Made by a program: the position numbers and the translations under genes. Source: Cyanidioschyzon merolae (taxonomy: Eukaryota). From it: a stretch of DNA of 64,000 bases. Shown here in pieces: positions 46,511 to 59,240 of this stretch. The number at the start of each line of letters is the position of its first letter. The first letter of the stretch is position 1. The stretch lies in the NCBI GenBank assembly GCA_000091205.1, contig AP006500.2; one strand, written 5' to 3'. Below the pieces are notes generated by a model, which saw nothing but the letters and a program-made list of their open reading frames with translations, was not told the origin of the DNA and did not search any database.

Positions 46511-49308
46511 TCAGAGGTTTAGACGTTCACTCACGTCGCTGCTGCGCCACCATACTTGCCCGTAAAACTCCCATGACGCCAGTACCAGTCGATCTGTACC
46601 TGAACTATTTCGCAGAGCTCGTAAGCGAATGTAGCGCAGCAATGGTGCCTGAGCAGCAGCACCGGCAGCATCAGAAGCACCAGCAGCACCAACAGCACCA
46701 GCAGCAGCAGCACCAGCAACGGCAGCTTCAGAAGCACCAGCAGCAGCGCCCCGCTTGTCATGCGGATGCACACCAGTCCACGCTCTGCTTGGCTTGTTCG
46801 GCACTGCGCCCAGCGACCAGACAGCGAACGCATGTGGACTTGTCAGCCGTTCATCGTGGTGCTGGTGCTGGAGCACTACCCAGGGCAACCCATGGGTGGC
46901 GTTCGTTTGCCGTATCCGCTGCGACGATGTCGACGGTGCTGAGCAAGCGCAGGCGACCTGCGTAGGTCCACCGGCTTGAGTGTGCGCCTTGTCAAGCTTC
47001 TGATTCTCGAAATCGACATGATCGTTGTCGTCGGGTCTGCCTTCAAGAATCCATTCACGCAGGTATTCACCATCGCGCTCATCATGACGTAAAGCGTAAT
47101 GCGTCAAGCGAACGCGACGCAAAGCACCCAAGTCAATAGAGACCCATGCAGTGTCATTGTCATTGTCATTGTCGTTCGACTCTTGCAGAGCGGTCACTGG
47201 TCCCGTCTGTGTTATCGAACCGCTGTGCTGTCGCGCAGCACGCCCAGAAGAAAGCGTCGCACGATCCACGTCGTCGTCGTTGTCGTCGTATACAGGCAAC
47301 GAACGTCTGGCTGGCTCCTTGGTCCGCCTCGGAGCGACAAAGCTATGGGCAGCACGCCCCAGATGATCGCAGAGTAGTTCGCAGTTCAGGTTCAGTAACG
47401 AGGAAGCGGTGATGCGCACCATACCAGTTCGATGCGGATTTCTCCACACGCGTCCCTGGGGAAGCGTCCCGAGAAACGACAGGATACCATTGGCTTCTGT
47501 TCCCGGTAGATATCGCACAAAGACGTGCTGCCAGTTTCGTCCGTCTGGTGGCATATTCACTGGATCGCGACTCCATGGCGACGGTTGGAGTACTGAACAA
47601 GCCACGGCTAGCGACACGTGTTCGTCCACGAATGTGTCCAGCTGCGGCGGCACACAAACTCTCGGCCTATAGAACAGATGATCCTCGTCAATGAGTTCGA
47701 GGCTCGGCAAGCAATGCTCGTCGATTTCGTGTCGTTCGATATGGTGCTCCAGACTCGAAACATCGGCAGCTGCTGCGAATGCACAAGCCCATTCCAAAAG
47801 CATATTCGCTCGCTTTGCAGCGGCGTCGGCAGCAGGCCCTACCGCAGATGCTGCTGTCCCCGGTGATCCCATGAGTACCAGCTGCTCGGGTGTGTCGACT
47901 TTCGTGCACGTTGGTGCCTGGGCGCGCGTGTCGAGCCACTGCTGCAGTAGCACGAGCGATGCCTCAGGTCGATTCCAGAACGAAAGCATACCAAGGAGGC
48001 AGTACAAGTCCAGACGCTGCAGTGTCGCCTCGACAAGGGCGTTGGGATCCTCTGGCGGTGTCGAGGTGCTCGAGGCCGAAGCGCACGCTGCACCTCTACT
48101 CTGGCCTTCGAGGATGCCGGTCTGCACCTCCGCGGGTACCCAGGGAGGTACTGGCACGCTCGCTTCCTGTTCGTCGGGCGACGCAGGAGAATGCCACTGT
48201 GGTGACACGTTTTGTTCGGCACTTGGTACCGACGGGCGCGCGTCTGCCGTACTCGCACAACAGTGACTGGTATCGCAACTGCTCTCGCTGCTGCTGCCGC
48301 TGCTGCTGCTACTGCTGCCCGTCATGTCGGTTTGCATCAGGTCCCAGCAGTGATCCAGTGAACGCGCCATCGCTTCCCAGGCGGTGAGGAGCATATCCGA
48401 ACGACTCAGTCGCAGAGCTGTCTCCGCGACAGCTGCAGTCCACGGCAAGTGATGCTCACTCAATGTGCGCATATGGTGCACCAGTGCTCGGGCTGCTTCG
48501 CATTCAAGGTGATCCCATTGAAAAGTATCAGCGAAACAGAGCAGCGCTAGGGCCTGTTCCGGAGTCCAGTGCTCTCGATACGGGGTTTTCGCTTCTCCGG
48601 GGTATCGTTCGAGGAACTGCAGCGCGGTGCGCAGACACCCTGCCGACACGCTAGGTAGCATGATGCCACACAGAGGGTCCGGCTGCTTTACCACCGTTTC
48701 CGATTCGGGTGGTGCCCCAGCACCGGGGCATGTGCTGGTGAGTGATCGGCTCTCTCGCATGCCCGAGGTCTCGAGAAGTGCCCGAAATACCGGCGACACG
48801 GCGATGAGCTGCTGCCGTGGCGCCCATACGGGTACCCACTCGCCAGGCACGTCACTGGTGTTGGTGTTGATGTGCTGCTTCGTTCCGTGGTGACTGCTAG
48901 TGCTGCTGTTACTGTTCTTACGATTCTTAATGCTTTCATCTGTGTTTCTCAGTGCGAGTGCTTCGAGCTCCACTGACAATTTTCTCGGTGATCGATTTGC
49001 TGGAGCGGGCACAGCACCCGTCGTCCACGCAGGCACGTACACGGCATCCTTGGCACACCAGAAGAGCACCAGGTCGCTGCTCGATCGATGCTGGGATGCT
49101 TTCTGGCCCGTGCCGTTCTCTGCATCTCCCTGATCAGGTATTGGCGGGCGTGTTGTTGAGCGCAGGGGTCCAGCCTGCCGACGAAGGCTCGCGTCTTGTG
49201 CACGTGAAGGCAGCGGGCTCGTCGCGTGCTCGCAGCGCACCCGAGCCTGCGCACTGCCATGAACGCCGTCTCCGAGCGCTGTTGTAGAGCCTTCTTCTTC
49301 CTCTTGTT

Positions 49309-49339
<31 letters not shown>

Positions 49340-50071
49340 TATCCACGGTAGCAGCCGAACCTGCGGCAGATGCAGGACATCGACTCGATAGAAGATGACC
49401 GCGGTGTCCCAGCAAGAGAAGCCAATCCATTGAATGGGGCATGATTCGGTGAAAGCGTCCAGCACGCTTCCCGTAGCAACTGTTGTCGTTTGCTCACGCC
49501 GCATTCGCCGGTAATGGAGGTGAGACGACTCGCCCGGCCAACCGAGACCAGCGGCAACATATTCCGGCGAGAGCGCGACCCAGTAGCGTTGCCGACTTTG
49601 TCCATTGAGGAACTCTTGTGAGAGCGGGGCGATATCTCTTCCTGCATTGGTGAACGGGCCACCAGTCGCTACAGAATGCCCGGGAAAAGGCAAAGCAGCT
49701 CCACGGGGTCCAGCATGTGACTCCTGGCTCGCATTGCGTCCCAGTGCAGGACGCTCATATATGTACTCTTGGCGGACAACGCCATGCTCCCGAAGAAGCG
49801 TTCGCGTCCGTCGATGGCTTTGAAAGGATATCTCGAAGCAGGCTCGCGAGCCTTGTGCCTGTGTCTCGACCCGCGAGTCCGCATCGACACCAGTTGAGCG
49901 GTGACAGAGCAGACAAACAATGTCGTGGTCGCCGGCAGCCTCGAACACCACCAGGCCGAGGTTCGGCACCCTCAGGCGATGGGAGGTGAGCCAAACCGGC
50001 CGACCGCGACGGTTTACCAACGCAAAGGCTCCATCAGGATACGTTACCACCGTCGACGAGGAAGCCGGCAT
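46511..50071 (-). CDS. Large hypothetical protein with a central BTB/POZ-like segment and a C-terminal galactose-binding-like (discoidin/DOC-like) region; poly-Ala/Glu and Ser runs
   Basis: BTB-like: QLIAVSPVFRALLETSG..DPLCGIMLPSVSAGCLRTALQFLERYPGE. C-terminal: AWVSIDLGALRRVRLTHYALRH..LREWILEGRPDD ... LLRYIRLRALRNSSGTDRLVLASWEFYG. The domain calls are from memory of motif shapes, not profile searches. Confidence 0.4.
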
Positions 50072-50268
50072 TCACCACCGTGATGCGAGGAGCGTGCGGG
50101 CACGGCGTTTCTCACACGGTGGAGCGCCCCCAGCCCAGCTTTGCCACTCGCGTTTTGCTCTCTGTACCAGATCATGTACGCGTAGAGCGTACAGTTGAAA
50201 AGAGACCCGCCTCGTAACAAGGAATTCGAAGAACGGCTCGTAAACTCCAAGCGAGACAGCGTCGAGCA

Positions 50269-50294
50269 CACAGACAGACAGACAGACAGACAGC
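50269..50294. repeat. (CAGA)n microsatellite in the divergent intergenic region between the BTB-like gene and the PAP2 gene
   Basis: The run cacagacagacagacagacagacagc is read directly. Confidence 0.85.
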
Positions 50295-51005
50295 GCAGCG
50301 TTGACAGTAGCTGCCAGACGCTGCACCAGAGGACACCTGGTTCCACAACCAGGAGCAACTCAGTCAGGGCCCAAGACCCTGTACGGGTACCGGAACAGCG
50401 TACTACACAGCGCTCGTAGCGTTGTGGAAATCCGTAGTGACACAGCGGCAGCAGCAGTACTGATAGTTCACCAGGTGTCGAGGTACGTTCCGTAGAGGGC
50501 TCGTCTGTACCTGGGGGCTCCACCGCCGCACCGTTTCCCGAGCCAGTCAGTCGAGTCACTCTCGGCGAAAGCGCACAAATCGTGCGATTCTACCAGCAAG
50601 AACGCGTGTCGTAGCAGGCAACCCTACGACACCAGTCACTGTTCAGGCTGGTCCAACGCTCGAGCGCCAACACCTCCTCGATTAGCCTTTCACGCTCCGC
50701 TCCGCTACGACAAGACAAGCTACGCGCTCACAAGTCGGGAACCGTTGACCCGTAGGTATCGTGACTCGTGTCCCAAGGCAGTCCCTCACTGAACCGAAAC
50801 TGATCAGGCTACTCCCTGTCAGTGTTCTTGTTTTACGTCTGAGAAGCACTGTGACTTTTTCGCCTGTAACGCAGTCCCCGCGGTACCGGTACCGGGGCTT
50901 CGCTGCAGCGGCCGATGCTCCCCTGCCCGGTTACGACGCTGAACGCTAAACGCTTCATGCACAAGGCTACCATCGTTACTTTCGAGCCCTAACAAGTATT
51001 TCGGG

Positions 51006-51962
51006 GTGTATTCTCTGCAAGACGAGAGTCACTGCGTAACCGACATCGATGCGATGAACGGCAGTTACGCTCTGGAAGCGCTTGACAGTGAGCGTCGTTG
51101 GATGAAGCGTTCGGAACTGGTGGACTGCAGCCTGGCGGTGCTTGTCGGATGGGTGCTCCCCCTTGTCCTCGATCGATACATACCGCCTCGGGTCACTGCA
51201 GTAGCGTTGGAAGATCCCAGCGTTCAACTTCCGAAACGGGCAGAGCTGGTCCCGGCGCCGCTGCTGCTCCTTTTTGCCTACGTGGCTCCAGTGGGGATGC
51301 TTTGGTGGCAGCAGCAGCAGCAGCAGCAGCGGCTGCGCGAGTCGTTTGGAAACGGCTTCAGATCGAAGGGCGGCACCTTGCTGGATCTTTTAACGGGCGT
51401 TATCGAGGCCAATGGCCTGACACTGCTCGCTACCGTCGTACTGAAGCTGCTGATCGGAAAACCGCGTCCCTACTTTGCACAAGTCTGTGGGCAGTACCTG
51501 GACCCCGTCCTGCGTCACGAGTGTGCCGGTGACCCGTGGCAGGTACGTGAAGCGCGCAAGTCGTTCCCGTCTGGACATGCCGCTTTAGCTTTCAGTGGTG
51601 TCATGCACTGGCAGTGCTGCATCTGGTATCTCGGCATACCGCTGCCCTGGTTCGAGGCATTGCCCAGCGTAACCATGGTTCATTTGCTTTTACGCTTGCT
51701 GCCGTGGACCGGGGCGACCCTGGTTGCGGCCTCACGCGTTCTCGATCATCACCATGACGTGGTTGACGTGCTAGGAGGAGCAGTGCTGGGTTGTGCATTG
51801 TCGCACTTGGTGACCATGAACCGGTTCCTCCGACTCGAGGGACGCGTACCTGGACATCAGAGTACCGCGTCGACGGTTGGTGCACGAAGGACTGCATCCG
51901 CATCGGAGATGGAAGCGATACAGGTTTCCGAGACGACGTCCATTCCTGACGCTGTCGTCTAG
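51006..51962 (+). CDS. PAP2-family lipid phosphate phosphatase (phosphatidic acid phosphatase type 2)
   Basis: The three PAP2 motifs are present: KLLIGKPRPYF (KxxxxxxRP), SFPSGHAALAF (PSGH), ASRVLDHHHDVVDVLGGAVLG (SRxxxxxHxxxD). Hydrophobic segments are consistent with a 6-TM topology. There is an internal polyQ run. Confidence 0.75.
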   Translation: MYSLQDESHCVTDIDAMNGSYALEALDSERRWMKRSELVDCSLAVLVGWVLPLVLDRYIPPRVTAVALEDPSVQLPKRAELVPAPLLLLFAYVAPVGMLWWQQQQQQQRLRESFGNGFRSKGGTLLDLLTGVIEANGLTLLATVVLKLLIGKPRPYFAQVCGQYLDPVLRHECAGDPWQVREARKSFPSGHAALAFSGVMHWQCCIWYLGIPLPWFEALPSVTMVHLLLRLLPWTGATLVAASRVLDHHHDVVDVLGGAVLGCALSHLVTMNRFLRLEGRVPGHQSTASTVGARRTASASEMEAIQVSETTSIPDAVV

Positions 51963-52897
51963 GGCAGCAGGCCTGTAACCAACCGGTGTTTACCCACGAT
52001 ACGTTGCTCTGGGTTCGTCTGGGAGCACGGTGTGGTGAATTCGAGTCGGCGGCTTGCATGTTTCATGCTAAAGAACATTGAGCTGTGGAATAATTGTCCA
52101 TGACTATCAATTGTGGATACGGAGAATCTATGAGGCATCCACACTACTGATCAATCTATGCATTGATCCGTCTCCACCGCTCTACCTGTCTATCGATGGA
52201 TCGCTTCGGGGCAAGCGCCAAGGCGAAGTGCATCGCCTGGAGCGCCGACGGACGCATTGGTAGAACACCAAAACGCATCTAGACTGCTCATCAGTGATAG
52301 AGGAGAAGGCGTGGAGCCCAGTGCTCGTCGAACATGCAATGCTGCCGCACACCAGTGCGTTCACGATAACCCTGCCTCCTCTGGTGCGCTTCTTCCATAG
52401 GCAGCGCCGCGCCTTTGCATACGTTGTGCACAAGGCGTGCTCGATAGCCTCGCTCGACACCGATGCCCATCATTCATTCATTCATTCATTCATTCGTTCG
52501 TTCGTTCATCCAGCATGATCTTTGTACATCATCATGCTGGAGATCGGTTTTTCCGTTGGCAACGATTACGGCCTGGCTGCACTCTACCGCGTTACAGCAG
52601 TTCAAGCGGACCTGCAACGCGTGTATCGAGAGAAACGGGGCCAGTGGCCCTCTGCATACACTGTATCGACCTTGTCGATGTCGATGCCGCCACCCGCACG
52701 GTATCTTTGCGGCTGTATGGCGCCCACAGGTAGCCAAGCAGGGCGTCGCTGCGTCGCAGAGCCTTGCTCCCACGCGACTGCAAAGCAAAAGCATGTGTAT
52801 GAATGTGTGTCTGTGTCCAGAGATGTTTTACGAATGCGTACGACCAGCATGATGTGTCCCGCTGCTTCCGCTCATACGGCATGCGCGTTTCAGAGCG

Positions 52898-55699
52898 TTA
52901 TCGATCGTAGCCGTGCACCTGTGCCGCCACCGCATCCAACAGCAGAGAACGCATGCGCTCCTGGTGCTGTCGCAGCGTCGACACTGCCGCCCGCACCGTC
53001 TGAAAGCCGAAACGAGCAACCGCATGACAAAGCACTGCCTGCATGGTCTCTGGAAGCAAGCGCTCCGTTCTCGTCGTCAATGTACTCTTACCGGAATCAT
53101 CGGTATGCTCAACCAAGTATTGCCAGATGTGATCCAGGGCTTGCACAACGGCAGGCGCCTCGCCGTGCTCTGTCTGCAAGGCCGCCAAACGAAACCAGAC
53201 GGTAAGCGTTGGCGTCTGAGCCCGCTCTGCAACACCGAGGCAGATACGGTAGGCGCGCTCTGCCATCTCTGGTCGACCGAGTCGCTCGGCCAGTTCACCA
53301 CGTCGAAGCCAATCCACTGGTGCACGTCGTGTTTCGGTAATCAACAATGATTCAGAGACCAGCGCTGGAGATGCAGCACGCTCGGCATTCTCCGCAGCCG
53401 TCGTTTCGTTCGAATGCAGAGACTCATAGAGCGTGGATTCTTCGTGTTGCCAAATCGACCAGGCTCTCAGGTCCTCATACAAGCAATGAATCAGCATATC
53501 CAACCACGCCGTGCAGAGCGCTTTGCTGAGCGCAGCAGGGTGCACCTGACGCCGCGCGTCCGCCAGTGTCAGGGTTGCTTTGGGTTCGCCTTGTTGGTGG
53601 CCGTCCAGGTCGCTTTGGGTAGCGCCAAGCGGTCCAGTGCCCGTGCTGTGTACTTGTGTTTCGGTTGCTGGTTCGCGTCTTGAAGACAACGAGATCGTCT
53701 GCAGGGACGGCTCTTCAGCGTTGTCCGTACTTGAGTGCTGCGGAGGGGATTCGTGTGGCGGTGCGGGGCGAGCCTCGGCAGATGCCGTCGACAACTCGAG
53801 AGCTCCAGTACCAGCCGACTCCAAAGGCAATACATCCGACTCCATGATAAAGACTCGATTGCGAATGAGAAGGAACTCATCCCAACCGATTTGGTTGACG
53901 ATCTTCACCAGGATATCGAATGCTTCCCGCTCCTCCGGGCTGAGTACACTCGCTGTGAGATCACCCAGCAGGCGATCGGCGTGGTGTTGCTCACGACCCT
54001 TGCCAAAGGCGCCTGCTCCTATACGTTCCTCCGAGAGGCGACGCGCCAGTACTCGAACACCGTCGGTTCCGGCTGCAAAGCCCGGACGAGGCTGTGTCAA
54101 CTGCCGCATCTTGCTTGTTTTCCCCTCAATCCCAGGGCTTGAATCGGGTGCTGTCACCTGCCTCAGAAACCAGTCCATCTGCGGCGGTTCCACATCTGCT
54201 ATATTCAACGAGCGGAGCGCGGACTCATACTCCCCAGTTTGTACATAGAGGCGCGCGAGCAGGAAACAGGCGAGACGTCCAAGTTCACCTGGTGCAGCGA
54301 TCCGAACGTTGGCGCTCTCTTCGTCGCTTGCTTCGACGGCATCAGTCGTATTCAGGTGCTTGGTGCGTTCCTCTTGAGCAGCTGCTCCAGTAGCCGATGA
54401 TTCTGGAGACGTGTGCGTACCGAAGCACTCCGGAATCACCGTACCCTGGATGCGATCCGTAGCTTCGATCAGGTTGCCAAGCTCGAGCTCACATTCCGCG
54501 AGCGTCAGTTCGAGCAGCAGTCGATCGATACCAGGAAGTTCGGCGCAAGCTGCCTGATCCAAAAGCAGCTCTTCCAGCTTTTTCTGAGCAATCTGATGTT
54601 GGCGCTGGCCCATCAACGATCGAGCGACGTAGAGCACGAGTGCCGGCTCGTGGCATGACGTCGCGAGCGTCTGGAAGAAATCCTGAGCGGCCTGATAACG
54701 AGCGTAACGTGCGAAATACTCCCAAACGCCCTCAGCGATGATAGAGCAGGTCGCCGTCGCCTGGGCAGCGTCAACAAAGCGAGAGCCTGCCAGCTTCCAT
54801 TGTGGCAAAGTACGCGCCGCAGCGTCGAGGAAGAGTTGTTCCGCGTTCCACGCTACATCCAACGTAGCAACAACTTTGAGAGCTGGATAGAGGGGATGCT
54901 CACCAGTTGCTTTCACAGAGCGGAGAACAGCACTGACGAAGAGCTGTGCCCATTGGTTCTCGTCATCTTGAGTGTCGGCGACTTGTCGCGTAGCAGGTTG
55001 CCCATTCTCGTTTGCAACGCTTTGGTGGAACGGCTCCGGACCTCTCAGTCGTTTAACCTGCGTACACCCAGGAAAGCGTGCCTCGACAACGGTATCTTCG
55101 TTGGTGAAACAGTTGTAAGCCAGGCAGGCAGCTCGATCGATCCGATAGCTTCCAGTAGCGTACCACGAGGCGCCCTCGAGACCGTGCTTCACGAGGGAGC
55201 CCAGATAGCTCGCTGCGTCCGCAGGTGTTCGATGCCATATCCCGCGAACGAAGTGAAACCAAGCAGCCAGCTGTGCTCCACGACTTTTGAGATCTCCGGA
55301 CGTTACCTCCATGGCTAGGGAGTCTGGGGTGCTCGTTGCCGGCACTTCGGCACCGGCACCGCTAGAAATGTTCACTTTGGTGCTGTTTGCACGCCCGTCG
55401 CTTCCGCTCGCAAGCACAGTCCTCCAGCTTTTGTAAACGACACATAGATCAGGTGGCCCCAGCGTACGCCGGAAAGTCGGTAAGAGTACCTGACGTACGC
55501 GTATCGAGCGCGCTACCCAGAGGTCTTCGTTCAACGTCGACGCGGCGTCATGTGTTGCAGTTCCTGTGTTTGCGTCAACGCCTGCCAGCACCGCTTCGTG
55601 CACACCAACAAACGGATCCGACACTTCAACGGTACCACGAATGGTTTCCGTCGTCATCAAGGTCCGGACTGACGTATAACCGCTGTACACGAACACCAA
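52898..55699 (-). CDS. Large hypothetical alpha-helical (TPR-like) protein
   Basis: 933-aa uninterrupted ORF with helical-repeat-like segments (e.g. LACFLLARLYVQTGEYESALRSLNIA; AERAYRICLGVAERAQ). No specific family recognised. Confidence 0.35.
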   Translation of the reverse strand: MVFVYSGYTSVRTLMTTETIRGTVEVSDPFVGVHEAVLAGVDANTGTATHDAASTLNEDLWVARSIRVRQVLLPTFRRTLGPPDLCVVYKSWRTVLASGSDGRANSTKVNISSGAGAEVPATSTPDSLAMEVTSGDLKSRGAQLAAWFHFVRGIWHRTPADAASYLGSLVKHGLEGASWYATGSYRIDRAACLAYNCFTNEDTVVEARFPGCTQVKRLRGPEPFHQSVANENGQPATRQVADTQDDENQWAQLFVSAVLRSVKATGEHPLYPALKVVATLDVAWNAEQLFLDAAARTLPQWKLAGSRFVDAAQATATCSIIAEGVWEYFARYARYQAAQDFFQTLATSCHEPALVLYVARSLMGQRQHQIAQKKLEELLLDQAACAELPGIDRLLLELTLAECELELGNLIEATDRIQGTVIPECFGTHTSPESSATGAAAQEERTKHLNTTDAVEASDEESANVRIAAPGELGRLACFLLARLYVQTGEYESALRSLNIADVEPPQMDWFLRQVTAPDSSPGIEGKTSKMRQLTQPRPGFAAGTDGVRVLARRLSEERIGAGAFGKGREQHHADRLLGDLTASVLSPEEREAFDILVKIVNQIGWDEFLLIRNRVFIMESDVLPLESAGTGALELSTASAEARPAPPHESPPQHSSTDNAEEPSLQTISLSSRREPATETQVHSTGTGPLGATQSDLDGHQQGEPKATLTLADARRQVHPAALSKALCTAWLDMLIHCLYEDLRAWSIWQHEESTLYESLHSNETTAAENAERAASPALVSESLLITETRRAPVDWLRRGELAERLGRPEMAERAYRICLGVAERAQTPTLTVWFRLAALQTEHGEAPAVVQALDHIWQYLVEHTDDSGKSTLTTRTERLLPETMQAVLCHAVARFGFQTVRAAVSTLRQHQERMRSLLLDAVAAQVHGYDR

Positions 55700-57452
55700 T
55701 ACCGAGCAGTTAGGCCCGTACCAAGCCGCGTGGTATGCCGAGTCACGAGCACAGCTGCTATTGCGCTCGTCTACGACGACATCGTCTACATCCTGTGGAT
55801 GCTACTCAGAACTGGTGCATCGTTCGTGCGTTCGTTCTATGTCGATTTTCGACTAGATGGGAATGGGTTCCCAAACCAAACACGAGGCTACACACGAAAG
55901 TTCGCGTCTCTTCCCAGTGTCATGAGCGTTGGAATCTGCAGCCTGTTTTTGCTTGTGCGACTGCTTCCGTTTCCTGTGTCTCTGATTTCCGCCTTGAACG
56001 ACGCCTGCCTCTTCTGTGCTTCGAGATCGGTGATCAGCAGTCATTGGATATTGATGATGGCGTTCAAATCCCGATATCGGTGCTTTGGATTGTTGCCGAC
56101 GCATTTCATGCACAAGCGGTCGATACGAAATGCGCTTGGCTTGCCACTTTCATCCGCTTGGTAGACCGTCCTGTACGCCAGTTGCAACGGTGACACTTGG
56201 TTGTGTTCTGGGATACCTGTATGCCAACTGCAGCTTCGCTTAGTGAGGTCGCCCTATGGCTTGTGTGAACGTTCGCATCATCGCCGGTCACATGTCCTTG
56301 ACGAGCTCCGAGGGATGCCTCTGACGTTCGCATCAGACTCCGCACTCGGTATCGTGTCCTGGGATCAGCGGCTTCTTCTTCGTGGTCTTGTCTGCGAGTT
56401 TACGTTATAGAGCGCCCGCCGGTGCACGATGTTCCAATCGATCGAGGATTTGTGGAAGGCGCGTTGTTGTCCCTGATGAAACAGGAATCAAAAAGGAAAA
56501 TTCCAGGATGGAGAAGTGGAGAGCGTCTGATCCATCTGCGATTCCTTCAAGCAAGGCGGTGACAGTCGCTCCACTTGTCGAGATCGCTACGATGACTCGA
56601 ATCCGAATCCAACACCATTATCCATGCAAACGGAAGCACCGGGAGTCTCTGGAAGCATATCCAGATAGAGGACTCATGCAGACGCGGAATGCCGTCGCCT
56701 CCATGACCGCAAAGAGAGCAGTTTTTGTGTTTGGAATGGCATGTTTTACTTGACAGTTTCTTTGAACATTGTGTAGGAGCTTGCGCGAGAATCACCAACG
56801 CACGACCTAGCGTACTTCTCCTTGTCGATCCAGAGGCGCTCATCGTTGCACCATTCGCTTACGTTGATGCACAAAAATCTAAAACTTGGAGAATGCCAGA
56901 TTTTGAAGCATGCTGCACGCAAGGCAAGCAGAAGAAAAGAGACCTGCAGGTACGCATTGGATAAGGACATGGGAGAGGCTACGAGCCCGTGTTCAAGAGC
57001 GTCGCGATTGATCCTGACTCCATCGATCGAACATGTTGCAGCGGCAGAGCGTCTAAGGAACGCCCTGGAAAGGACGACTGAGAATTCTTGTAACCCACGT
57101 ATGAATCCAAAATTGATTGTGACTGCAAACAGATGTTCAATGCTCAGTCTCGAAAAAAGTTCGGAAAAAAACCGAAACGCACGAACGAATCGATCAGGTT
57201 CGAATACCACGTTCATTGGACTAGGGCGTCGCAGGGACGTTCGCTCGACAAGCGCCTCACCGCCACTGCAACTGGTAGCTAGCTAGGTATTCCTTCGAGA
57301 TCAAAGGCGGAATCGCTTATCATTGTGTGGACGGAAACAACTGAGCACGCCACGGGAGACTTCTGGTACGGAATCTGGGAACTCGCTCAGCGCTTCGTTT
57401 CGGGGAAGCGAGCAAGGCACGACCCCAGCCTCCTGCTCGCTGCAGCGAAGTC

Positions 57453-59240
57453 GTGTGCCCAGGATCGTATCACGCTACGACTCGCTCTGTAAATTTCCTG
57501 CATCGAAACAGTGCGTCGTTTCAAGCGGTTCACAGGACGCTGTCAGTCACCAGAATGGAGAGCGCCAACCAGCGACCAGCAGGGGACGTAGCAACAGATG
57601 CAACGGCAACCCGTACACCGCTGTCGTCGAACCTGTCTGCGGAAACCGCGTCTCCGGGTACGGCACCAGCAGCGCTGCACCCGGAGACTGCTGGACCAGA
57701 GTCCGCTGTTTCGGCTTCAGAAGCCCTGGACAACTGGCGCAGACGAGTATGCAAAGCACTACACAAACTTACGACAGCGGAGTCGATCTCCTCCATAACC
57801 TCTGGGCTTCAGGTGCATAGAGGAAAGCTTGCAGCCCTCGCAGACCTACTCGAGGAGCTCCACTTCATCGAGTGCTGGGTACACGAGCTCGCCCTTCGTC
57901 GCGAAGCCGCACGCCTCGCATCCGACTGTGCTTCACCGGAGCAGTCAGCAACCCGCGAAGAACCGCTCGTTATTCCCGATATTCCAGCGTGTTTTGCCGA
58001 CTCCCTCCTGAACTGGCAGGGCATATTCACGGAAACTTGCAAGCCATCACCGCTCGACATAGCCCTGTATACCTGGCGAACATGTTTCGGAGTTCTTCTG
58101 GCGGCTGCGATCCAGCATGCAGTCGCTATCGATGGCCACGCGCTGGTCCTCGATTACCTAACCTCCTTCCTGACCCGCACTGGCTACTTTCAACAGAGCG
58201 TCTGCAGCGCATGCCTGGCGAAACAGGCCACCACAACGCACCACCGGATACACGGCTGGCAACCGCTACTCGATATGGTACCAAACGCGCTCAATCTCTG
58301 GGAGACGACGCAGCTCGTTCAGCTTCTGCTTTGTATCATGCGAGGGTTCCTTTCCCTGTTAGCCATCGAGTGCGCCGTAGCGACACTGCAGCTTTGCGAG
58401 CAAATTCTCAAGCGACTGCAGTTGCTGGCCGGAGAAACCGGTATACGCGCACCCGACACCGCCGACACCGCCCCGCGTGCGGAGATTTTCCAGGTACCCG
58501 ACGAAACACCAGAGTCGATGATCCAGAGTCAAGAGCGTCCACGCGAAACGCTGCCCATTCCAGTGGCTCCCGAAATGCCGTCCAGTGCGTCCACGGGGGA
58601 AGCGCTGCCAGAGCGCACGTCGTTCGAAGCTGTCCCTGCAATGACCTCCGATATCGTCCAGGGGCAAAGTCGAATAGCGCAACCCGCTCTGGAAATGACC
58701 GTGCAAGCGTTGCGGGCATTGCTGTTGTTTCATCGCGGCCTTCTGGACGGTATGCGCGGTGCCCACGAGGACAGCATTGATGCCTTCGATGCGGCAGTGA
58801 TTCTGTGTGAATCGCTCGATCATGGCGACTGGGCGTTAACCCCAGAATCCGAAGCGATGCTGCCGTCGGCAGCGGTGCCCAGCGGCCTATTCCGTACTGC
58901 ACCTATTCGGGACTGGGTTCGAGTTGCCTACAACAACAGCGCCCTCTGCAGTGTGCAAGTGGAAGATCTTGCGGATGCTCTGGAGAAACTTGATCAGGCG
59001 AAGCGTTTCTCGGTTTCAGCAGCGACGGCATGGCTATCGGATCCGTGTTCGTTAGGACGCAACGAGGACGTGGAGCGCTCTGCGGAGATGCCGCTGCATT
59101 CCGAGGAGCACTGTGTGCATGCCCATTACGCCTGGGTTGCGGAGCGTGTGCCGTGGGAGCTGCAGCCTACCGACCATAGTGCGGCCCTAGAATGGTCCTC
59201 GGTTATCCAGCAATTCGAGGATACGAGTCTCAGACGCTGA
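57453..59240 (+). CDS. Hypothetical protein (595 aa), no recognised domain
   Basis: Long ORF with plausible coding composition and no overlapping alternative gene. Not homology-supported. Confidence 0.3.
   Translation: MCPGSYHATTRSVNFLHRNSASFQAVHRTLSVTRMESANQRPAGDVATDATATRTPLSSNLSAETASPGTAPAALHPETAGPESAVSASEALDNWRRRVCKALHKLTTAESISSITSGLQVHRGKLAALADLLEELHFIECWVHELALRREAARLASDCASPEQSATREEPLVIPDIPACFADSLLNWQGIFTETCKPSPLDIALYTWRTCFGVLLAAAIQHAVAIDGHALVLDYLTSFLTRTGYFQQSVCSACLAKQATTTHHRIHGWQPLLDMVPNALNLWETTQLVQLLLCIMRGFLSLLAIECAVATLQLCEQILKRLQLLAGETGIRAPDTADTAPRAEIFQVPDETPESMIQSQERPRETLPIPVAPEMPSSASTGEALPERTSFEAVPAMTSDIVQGQSRIAQPALEMTVQALRALLLFHRGLLDGMRGAHEDSIDAFDAAVILCESLDHGDWALTPESEAMLPSAAVPSGLFRTAPIRDWVRVAYNNSALCSVQVEDLADALEKLDQAKRFSVSAATAWLSDPCSLGRNEDVERSAEMPLHSEEHCVHAHYAWVAERVPWELQPTDHSAALEWSSVIQQFEDTSLRR

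Noticed and set aside
57150-57200. ggttcgaatacc T-loop-like motif
   Set aside because: It has one mismatch to the canonical T-loop and there is no cloverleaf-compatible context, so it is probably chance.
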